Origin: Promethearchaeota archaeon
GTDB taxonomy: Archaea; Asgardarchaeota; Lokiarchaeia; Sigyniarchaeales; SOKP01
Reading direction: 5' to 3'
Length of the DNA stretch: 14,769 nucleotides
Assembly: GCA_048940445.1 (NCBI GenBank)
Contig: JBHLON010000057.1
Location: forward strand, 1-14,769
Part shown: in pieces, positions 7,821-14,769 of the stretch
How positions within the stretch are numbered: the stretch's first letter is position 1
Layout: every line of letters starts with the position of its first letter
Notes under the pieces: model-generated
Database searches by the model: none
Told to the model about the DNA's origin: nothing
The model's input: only the letters and a program-made list of their open reading frames with translations
Translations under genes and position numbers: made by a program

Positions 7821-9086
7821 CTAACGTTCTAATTTTTTTCGGTAAGTTTCTTTTAAATAAGGTTTTATTATGATTACTGACAAAATATAAAAAGGAATTA
7901 AGCCTAGTTCAATAAATATAGAAATTATGAAAGGTGCTTTGATACCAATATAATCCCAGGCTAATCCTCCTATTATCGGCCCTATTATACCACCAAAACT
8001 CATAAATATTTGGAAACTACTAAATATTTTCCCTCTGTGCTTTAAAGTTATGCGACTAAGTAAATTTTGAATAACTAAGTTAGCCGATTGAACAATTGTC
8101 ACATCTAAAGTTAAGAGAATTGTGAAAATCAAAAAATTTGTTGTATTAATTAGAAACCAAGTAATAATCGCCCCGAAAAGGCTAGATACAGAAATTCCAA
8201 GTTCAGGTTTAACCCTATCCAGTAATCTTCCTAATAATGGAGCTAAAAGCATTGAAATTATACCTGCAGGCATATAGGCAAAAGAAGCTATCAATGGATT
8301 ATTTGTTATCACTTCTAATAAATAAAAATTTAAAAAGGGTCTCGAAAGTGAGCCATTAATGTTAGCTAAAAATAATACAAGGGAAATAAAGATGAATCCA
8401 ATAATCATTGACTTAGTTAATTCTGTTTTTCCTGCAATGTTATTATCATCTTTACTATTCAGATCTGAAATAATTATATTTTCATCTATTATTCTATTGA
8501 AGCGTATTCCAGCATAAAAATTGGCAACACCAAATATAGGTATCGCAATATAAATTATCAAAGGATTATTAGTATATATGAAAGAAAAGTTAAATATTGT
8601 AAAACCAAGAATTGAACCAATCATTATGCCTATTCCCACTCTGCTTTCTTTTTTTCCGTATGCTTGACTTCTAACATTTTTATAGGACTTTTGAGCAATG
8701 AGTGTATTAAATGGTACCCAGAAAAATCCAACAAAGAAACCCAGAAAAAAATAACCAATATAAATTCCAATTAAACTAGTGAAAAAAAGCGCAAAATAAA
8801 GCATAAAATATGCAAAACCTCTGCCAAATGAGCCAAGTAGCACCAACTTTTTTTTCGATTTAACCCTATCAGTAATAAATCCGGTAAAGGTGGAACTAAC
8901 TAGATTTCCAATAATGTTAAGAGTAAAAATTAAACCTACTTCTAATCCTGTGGCATTTAATATCTGACTGGTAAAAAAGTATAGTATAAAATCCAAAAAA
9001 AAGAATCCCAAGCTAGTTAATATTAAATTATTAACCATTAATCGAAAATCTGGAGTAAATTGAAAAGCTTTTTCTTCCCCAGGCAA
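7821..9086 (-). CDS. Major facilitator superfamily (MFS) transporter, substrate unknown
   Basis: About 12 hydrophobic helices in two halves joined by a polar loop. Motif A-like sequences GFITDRVKSKK and GRLLDRVKP, plus RSQAYG, HRGKIFS and GPIIGG. TTG start. Confidence 0.93.
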   Translation of the reverse strand: MPGEEKAFQFTPDFRLMVNNLILTSLGFFFLDFILYFFTSQILNATGLEVGLIFTLNIIGNLVSSTFTGFITDRVKSKKKLVLLGSFGRGFAYFMLYFALFFTSLIGIYIGYFFLGFFVGFFWVPFNTLIAQKSYKNVRSQAYGKKESRVGIGIMIGSILGFTIFNFSFIYTNNPLIIYIAIPIFGVANFYAGIRFNRIIDENIIISDLNSKDDNNIAGKTELTKSMIIGFIFISLVLFLANINGSLSRPFLNFYLLEVITNNPLIASFAYMPAGIISMLLAPLLGRLLDRVKPELGISVSSLFGAIITWFLINTTNFLIFTILLTLDVTIVQSANLVIQNLLSRITLKHRGKIFSSFQIFMSFGGIIGPIIGGLAWDYIGIKAPFIISIFIELGLIPFYILSVIIIKPYLKETYRKKLER

Positions 9087-9099
9087 TAAACTTCAAACT

Positions 9100-9555
9100 C
9101 TAAATTTTATTCTCATACCAAATATATTTCGACTTTTTGGCTCCAACCTTTAGTAAAACGCTTCTTAATGAAGCATCTGAATCAGGGCAAATGAAATACA
9201 CATTATCATGCTTTAGAGTTTTTTTAATATATAATTGAAGTTCACGGATTATCATTTCTTCTATACCTTTTTTATAAGAATCCTCTTTTCTAGTTAAAAC
9301 TTGATGAATCAATGCTCTTTCGTTGCCTAAATAATCAATGAAGGATGTATAAGTCCCCCAACCGATAATTTTTCCCTCTTCTTTTGCGACGATCATCGAA
9401 TTCCTATACTGGAGATCTAAAACTCGTTTATTTAATTCGTTTTCAAATTTTTGCCAATGGGAATAAAAATGAGATATATTTGCTATAAAATCTTCAAATA
9501 TCTCCTTCAATTCATCTTTATCTAATCTCGGGTCATATCTATCAATAACAATCAT
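9100..9555 (-). CDS. GNAT-fold protein with degenerate acetyl-CoA-binding motif
   Basis: GNAT-like elements MIVAKEEGKIIGW, ALIHQVLT...YKKGIEEMII and LLKVGA. It lies 13 nt upstream of the MFS gene. Confidence 0.7.
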   Translation of the reverse strand: MIVIDRYDPRLDKDELKEIFEDFIANISHFYSHWQKFENELNKRVLDLQYRNSMIVAKEEGKIIGWGTYTSFIDYLGNERALIHQVLTRKEDSYKKGIEEMIIRELQLYIKKTLKHDNVYFICPDSDASLRSVLLKVGAKKSKYIWYENKI

Positions 9556-9707
9556 AATTTATTCACAAATATTAAAATTTTACTAATGAATCCATTAATG
9601 TTTGTTTTAATGAAAGATGTTTTTATAAGATTATTTAGTTTTAAAAAATAATTTTTCTTTAATAGAAATTCTTTTTTATTATTTAACGTAATAACAGTTG
9701 AGATATT

Positions 9708-10220
9708 ATGAAGCAGAAAGATGCTAAAGCAATACATATACCTTTTAAAAAATTGGGGGAAGATGTGATTCTTCCAACACCATCAAAACCAGGTGATGCT
9801 GGTGCTGATGCACGAATTTTTGGATTTAAAAAGATTATTAAAAATGGAAATAAAAAAGAATTGGTTGATCTTGAATCTGAATCGTATACACTAAAACCTC
9901 TGGAGCGAATTGCGTGTCCATTAGGATTTGCTACTGCTATTCCTGAAGGTTATTATTTTAAGGTGGTACCTCGAAGTGGTTTAGCACTATGGGATGGAAT
10001 TTCTATTGTTAATAGCCCTGGAACTATAGATTCAGGGTATAGAAATGAATGGATGGTAATCGTGGTAAATCTCTCAAATAATGAAGTCACTCTCAAAAAA
10101 GGAGATAGAATATGTCAAATAATATTAAGTAAATTACATTCCTATGAGATTATAGAAACTGATGAATTGTCTTTTTCAGAAAGAGGTTTAGGAGGGTTCG
10201 GATCAACAGGTAAATTATAA
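9708..10220 (+). CDS. dut: Trimeric dUTP diphosphatase
   Basis: All five motifs are present: AGAD, PRSG, GTIDSGYRNE, GDRICQ and RGLGGFGSTG. Confidence 0.96.
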   Translation: MKQKDAKAIHIPFKKLGEDVILPTPSKPGDAGADARIFGFKKIIKNGNKKELVDLESESYTLKPLERIACPLGFATAIPEGYYFKVVPRSGLALWDGISIVNSPGTIDSGYRNEWMVIVVNLSNNEVTLKKGDRICQIILSKLHSYEIIETDELSFSERGLGGFGSTGKL

Positions 10221-10364
10221 GGATCAACTTTCTTCTTTTAATTTATTATACAAAGATGAATGAAACTATGATTTCCTATTTTTAAAAAAATTCAAATTTT
10301 TTGCTTAATTCATTAAGTTATTACTTCTTCAAATTATTCAAAACTAAACATATAGGTTCAAGAT

Positions 10365-11870
10365 TTGTCCCAAAATAATAAAAAAATTCCAAATAAAGAT
10401 CATTTTCTATATCGAATCCTGAATCCAAAAACAATTGCGATATTTGGGGCAAATAATAATTTACTGACGACAATGGGCTCAATGCAACTTAGGAATATTC
10501 GTGCTGGAAAAGGTTTAGATGATGGAATTTATCCAATTCATCCTCGATTAGAAGTGATTCAAGGCTACAAAGCATATAAATCTGTATTTGATTTACCTAT
10601 TATCCCGGATCTCGCATTTCTAATCTTACCAACTGAAATAATTCCACAAGTTATGGAAGAATGTGGTCAAAAAGGAATAAAAGATCTTTTAATAACATCT
10701 GGAGGATTTCGAGAAAGTGGTTCCCATGGAAGGAAATTATCAGAAAAGATTGGTTCAATAGCAGAGAAATATGGTATGCGATTTTTAGGTCCAAATTGTT
10801 TGGGTATTTACAATGGTTGGTATGGATATCCCGAGAAAAATCATGCATATTTCAATACTTTTTGGCCTTACGCTATCCCTATTAGAGGAAATGTTTCAAT
10901 TGTAAGTCAATCTGGTACAATAGCTGCCCAGACTTTCTGGCACGCAAAGGAGATAGGTTTAAAAATTAGCAAATCGATATCAGTGGGAAATGAGCAAAAT
11001 ATTGATATAGTAGATTGCCTTGATTATTTAAAAAATGATCCTCAAACAGAAGTAATAGGATTATATATTGAAGAAGTTAAAAGAGGAAAGGAATTTATAC
11101 AGTTAGCAAAAGAAATAACCCAAATTAAGCCTATTGTGGCGATATATGCTGGAGGCACTAACGCAGCACTTAGATCCATAATGAGTCATACGGGGTCTAT
11201 AGTTGGAAATCAAAAAATATATGATGCTGTGTTTAAAGAAACAGGTATAATTTCCACAGATTTAATACTAGATTTTTTACATTATCTTAGAACTTTATCT
11301 TTTGCAGAATTAACTCATACATTCCCTAAAGGGAACAGAGTAGCAATCGTGACTGATTCTGGAGGAAGCGGTAGTATGATGGCTAAGATGCTAGAACTTT
11401 ATGGATTGAAGGTTCCTGTTTTTTCAGATAATTTAATTAATGAAATTTCTAAACTGATACCTTCTACAGCAACAGCTAATAATCCTATTGATGTTACCTT
11501 TGATGTTAATTTTACAAATCTTTTTTATAAATTTCCAAAGATTCTGATGAAATCTGGAGAAATTGACAGTATCATAGTATATGGAGTATTTGATTTTGAT
11601 GAAGTTTTAGATATAATGCAGTCTTCAGGTATGGAAATTGATGAAAAAATGAGAAATATGAAAATTGGGATCGAAAATGCTGTATTGAAACCAATTAAAC
11701 GCCTAATGAGGAAATATTCTGTACCTGTATTCTATGCGGGGCCATTTCCATATAAATATCCTTGGTTTCAAAAGTTTCTTTCACATGATATCTCTATTTT
11801 TGAATTGTGGGACTCTCCTCCAAAAAATTTAACCATTCTTACTCAATATTCGGAATCAATAAAAAAATAG
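10365..11870 (+). CDS. acdA: ADP-forming acetate/acyl-CoA synthetase, alpha subunit (CoA-binding plus ligase domains)
   Basis: NPKTIAIFGA, SGGFRE, GPNCLG, SQSG, VGNE, phospho-His H275 (SHTG), SGG and NPIDV. There is no ATP-grasp domain. TTG start. Confidence 0.9.
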   Translation: MSQNNKKIPNKDHFLYRILNPKTIAIFGANNNLLTTMGSMQLRNIRAGKGLDDGIYPIHPRLEVIQGYKAYKSVFDLPIIPDLAFLILPTEIIPQVMEECGQKGIKDLLITSGGFRESGSHGRKLSEKIGSIAEKYGMRFLGPNCLGIYNGWYGYPEKNHAYFNTFWPYAIPIRGNVSIVSQSGTIAAQTFWHAKEIGLKISKSISVGNEQNIDIVDCLDYLKNDPQTEVIGLYIEEVKRGKEFIQLAKEITQIKPIVAIYAGGTNAALRSIMSHTGSIVGNQKIYDAVFKETGIISTDLILDFLHYLRTLSFAELTHTFPKGNRVAIVTDSGGSGSMMAKMLELYGLKVPVFSDNLINEISKLIPSTATANNPIDVTFDVNFTNLFYKFPKILMKSGEIDSIIVYGVFDFDEVLDIMQSSGMEIDEKMRNMKIGIENAVLKPIKRLMRKYSVPVFYAGPFPYKYPWFQKFLSHDISIFELWDSPPKNLTILTQYSESIKK

Positions 11871-11921
11871 GATAATTGATTATAGTAATCTAAATAGGAG
11901 AATTGCAATAAAGATTATCTC

Positions 11922-11931
11922 TTTTTTTTTT
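11922..11931 (+). terminator. T10 tract, probable terminator of the acyl-CoA synthetase gene
   Basis: Run of 10 T about 50 nt after the stop codon. Confidence 0.4.
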
Positions 11932-11961
11932 GTAAAATTTAATGTATATCTGCCAAAATTA

Positions 11962-11979
11962 TACGTTAATATTTACGTA
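11962..11979. promoter_or_regulatory. 18-bp near-perfect palindrome upstream of the histidine kinase; candidate regulator site
   Basis: TACGTTAATATTTACGTA is self-complementary except for one pair and lies about 67 nt upstream of ATG 12047. Confidence 0.4.
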
Positions 11980-12046
11980 GCGAACGAACATTGACTATTA
12001 AAATAAAATTATAAGAGATTAATTTTCATAATTAAATAAAGTAATA

Positions 12047-14338
12047 ATGTATTATAACTTTAAAACAAATAAAAAGATTGAAAATTTGGAACAAAATCCT
12101 GCCAATATTTCAGAAATCGGAAAATCATCTAAGGATTATAAGTCATTTTTAGAATCTAGTCCAATTTCAATGGCATTAATAAATTTAAATGGTAAGATTA
12201 TTGGAGTTAATTCTGCTACTGAAGATTTAATAAGAATAAAGAGAGAAGATTTATTAGGAAAATATGGAATTGAATTTGTCCATCCTGAAGATAAGAAGCG
12301 TGTGTTGTTATGTTTTCAACAAGCAATGAAAAGTGGAGAAGGTTCAGTTGAAGCAAGAATAAAGCATAAGAATGGGAGTTATATTTGGATTGAATGTAAT
12401 GGAAGAGTTAGTAAAGCAGAGAATGGAGAAATAATACTTCTTATCATTGGAAGGGATATAACCGAGAGGGTTAAATATATTAAAAAGTTAAAGGAATCTA
12501 AAGATCGATTTCAAAACCTTGCTGATTCTCTACCTGAAGTAATTTTTGAAATGGATTTAGAATATAATATTATTTACGCAAATTTGGTTGCTAGTAAATT
12601 ATTAGGTTATTCTAAAGAAGAATTCAAGAAAGGTTTGAAAATTTTTCAATTCTTATTACAAGAAGATAAAGATATTATTATAGAAAAAATCAACCTCTTG
12701 ATAAAAGGAGTATATGTAAAACCATTATTGATTCGTCTAAGAAGAAAGAATGGAAATTTCTTTTATGCAAATATATACGGAAGGCGAATCTTTAAGGATA
12801 ACAAGGTTATTGGATTAAGATGTATCATACTTGACATAACCGATATGAAAATTGCTCAAGAAAAGGTTAAAGAATCAGAAGAAAAGTTTAGAACAATTTC
12901 TGAACAATCTTTACTGGGCATCTGTATCATTCAAGATGAGTCCGTTAAATATGTAAATCGTACACTTGCTAGTTTATTAGGTTATACAACTGATGAAATA
13001 TTACAATGGAAAAGAAACGAATTTTTTAAATCAATACATCCCAAAGACAAGAAAAGAATAATAGATTTAGCTACTAGAAAAGATGATGAGTTTCAAAATG
13101 GTATAAGATATTATGAAGCACGAGGAATCAAAAAAAATGGTGATATCGTTTGGTTAGAAATCTACTATAAAAAAATAAAATATCAAAATAAACCTGCATT
13201 TTTAATATCTTTCATGGATATAAGTGAAAGAAAGAAAACTCAGGAAAGATTAAGAGACTCAGAGGAAAAATATAGAATTTTATTTGAAAAAGCTCCATTT
13301 TCAATACTTTTAATGAAAATTGATGGTACAATCGTAGATTGCAATCCTGCCCTTACAAAACTCTTAGGATACAATAAGGATGCCTTAATTGGGAACAAAT
13401 ATACCAATCTTCCTATTGTTTTAAAAAAGTACTTACCTATACTTCTGGAGAGACTTAAAAAGATTAGAGAAGGTCAAGTAGTTTCTCCCATTGATATAGA
13501 AGTATACAAGAATGATGGTACAATAATTTGGGTAAATTTTGAATCAACTACGATAAAATTAGGAAATGAGACATTAATGATTACAATGGGACACAACGTT
13601 TCTCAAAAGAAGGAAGCAGAAAAGAAACTTTATGAATTAGATAAAATTAGGAAAGAATTTATTGATAGGGCATCTCACGAATTAAAAACACCAATAACTA
13701 CGATATATGGAGCCTATCAACTAGTGGAACAATTTCATAAATCAAAATTGGACAAAGATGTCCTTGAAATCCTTGAAATGGCTTTTTCTGGAACAAAGAG
13801 ATTAAAAAAATTAGTAGATGATTTACTAGATTCGTCTCGTTTAGAAGCTAAAGTATTAAAAATTGAAAAAGAAAATAATGATTTAATCCAATTGCTAAAA
13901 AAATGTGTGAATGAAGTAGAGTTTTTAATGAAATCAAAAGAACAAGTATATAAGTTAGTTCTTCCAGAATCACTAAATATTGATATAGATGAATCAAGAA
14001 TAGAATTAGTTATTAATAATTTACTATCAAATGCGATTAAATATACTCCTAATGGTGGAGAAATAACCATCAAAGTGGAAACCGTGAATAATTTAGCTCA
14101 AATATCTGTAAAAGATACAGGAATTGGGTTAGTTAAGGATGAAATAGATAAGCTTTTCAAAAAATTCAGTAAGATCCCGAAACCAATAAATAATGTTCTT
14201 GAAAATTATGAAGAGAGTACAGGATTAGGCCTTCACATAGCCAAAAAAGTGGTGGAATTGCATGGTGGTAAAATCTGGGTTGAATCTAGAGGAAAAGGAA
14301 AAGGAACTACCTTTTTTGTTAATCTACCTTTCAAATAA
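12047..14338 (+). CDS. Soluble sensor histidine kinase, 4 PAS domains + HisKA + HATPase
   Basis: Four PAS/PAC units (HPED, NG..IW, DIT/DIS, SEE[K]F/YR linkers). H-box ASHELKTP (H544), N-box NNLLSNAIKYT, DTGIG, LFKKF and TGLGL. No TM segment and no receiver domain. Confidence 0.96.
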   Translation: MYYNFKTNKKIENLEQNPANISEIGKSSKDYKSFLESSPISMALINLNGKIIGVNSATEDLIRIKREDLLGKYGIEFVHPEDKKRVLLCFQQAMKSGEGSVEARIKHKNGSYIWIECNGRVSKAENGEIILLIIGRDITERVKYIKKLKESKDRFQNLADSLPEVIFEMDLEYNIIYANLVASKLLGYSKEEFKKGLKIFQFLLQEDKDIIIEKINLLIKGVYVKPLLIRLRRKNGNFFYANIYGRRIFKDNKVIGLRCIILDITDMKIAQEKVKESEEKFRTISEQSLLGICIIQDESVKYVNRTLASLLGYTTDEILQWKRNEFFKSIHPKDKKRIIDLATRKDDEFQNGIRYYEARGIKKNGDIVWLEIYYKKIKYQNKPAFLISFMDISERKKTQERLRDSEEKYRILFEKAPFSILLMKIDGTIVDCNPALTKLLGYNKDALIGNKYTNLPIVLKKYLPILLERLKKIREGQVVSPIDIEVYKNDGTIIWVNFESTTIKLGNETLMITMGHNVSQKKEAEKKLYELDKIRKEFIDRASHELKTPITTIYGAYQLVEQFHKSKLDKDVLEILEMAFSGTKRLKKLVDDLLDSSRLEAKVLKIEKENNDLIQLLKKCVNEVEFLMKSKEQVYKLVLPESLNIDIDESRIELVINNLLSNAIKYTPNGGEITIKVETVNNLAQISVKDTGIGLVKDEIDKLFKKFSKIPKPINNVLENYEESTGLGLHIAKKVVELHGGKIWVESRGKGKGTTFFVNLPFK

Positions 14339-14497
14339 TAATTAGTTCTATTAAGCAAGATTAGGAAAAGAATTATTTATTTTCTAAAGAAATTAAGAGG
14401 CTGATGTTTGTATTCCACTAATTTTTTATATAATTTTTATTCTAGTATTATTAGCATCTTTTAAATCATAATAAAATATAGATCGTGATACTTTTAG

Positions 14498-14769
14498 TTG
14501 TCGTTAGATTTTCATAATCCTCCTTCAGCAATATTAGCATCTGGTAGTAGAAAAGGAGTGGAAATTGGAGGCTCAAAATTGATATTAAGCATTGACAAGG
14601 CCCATAATTTCTATAATGAAGGTTTAATTTATACAGAAATGTCTTGGGCTGCTTTTTATGAAGAGAAAGGATTAGAAGATCAAATAGACACTTTCACAAC
14701 TACAGAATTCGACTCAATTCGGGAAGATCCCGAGGCTCTAGTCGATGTTATTATAAAAACTATATATCA
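14498..14769 (+). CDS. Hypothetical protein, truncated by the window edge
   Basis: Absent from the ORF track. TTG start with GTGAT at 14485-14489 upstream, then 90 open codons to the window end: MSLDFHNPPSAILASGSRKGVEIGGSKLILSIDKAHNFYNEGLIYTEMSWAAFYEEKGLEDQIDTFTTTEFDSIREDPEALVDVIIKTIY. Composition is coding-like. Confidence 0.8.
   Translation, partial: MSLDFHNPPSAILASGSRKGVEIGGSKLILSIDKAHNFYNEGLIYTEMSWAAFYEEKGLEDQIDTFTTTEFDSIREDPEALVDVIIKTIY

Noticed and set aside
9087-9102. Possible readthrough fusion of GNAT and MFS
   Set aside because: The 13-nt gap puts the two ORFs out of frame.
9552-9737. 61-aa minus-strand ORF
   Set aside because: Low-complexity F/K/I/N/L translation of an AT-rich divergent promoter region, overlapping the dut start.
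10651-10885. Two short alternative-frame ORFs
   Set aside because: Both lie wholly within the acyl-CoA synthetase gene and have no motifs.
13735-14073. 112-aa minus-strand ORF
   Set aside because: Antisense shadow of the kinase catalytic domain.
1-14769. CRISPR arrays, tRNA/rRNA, SECIS-linked UGA genes, inteins, transposases
   Set aside because: I saw no spaced repeats, GC-rich structured RNA, in-frame TGA within conserved domains, or intein/transposase motifs by eye. A covariance-model search would be needed to exclude small RNAs.

Overview
AT-rich, gene-dense window that is most likely from an Asgard archaeon of the Lokiarchaeia/Promethearchaeia type. This is an inference from gene content, GTGA-type ribosome sites, T-tract terminators and frequent TTG starts. 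It holds 11 complete CDSs and one 3'-truncated CDS: a 1327-aa membrane-anchored S8 protease, rpiA, purE, a thiolase, a TPR protein, a dodecin, an MFS transporter, a degenerate GNAT-fold protein, a trimeric dUTPase, an ADP-forming acyl-CoA synthetase alpha subunit, a soluble 4xPAS histidine kinase and a hypothetical protein. I found no RNA genes, mobile elements or CRISPR arrays. The main finding is the S8 protease. It appears to reproduce the domain order of eukaryotic Site-1 protease (MBTPS1/SKI-1): prodomain, catalytic domain, Ig-like domain, GATase-like alpha/beta domain, TM helix and basic stop-transfer. It adds extra lumenal domains and a Tyr-rich tail ending in a zinc ribbon. The comparison uses reference sequences recalled from memory and needs alignment and phylogeny to confirm.
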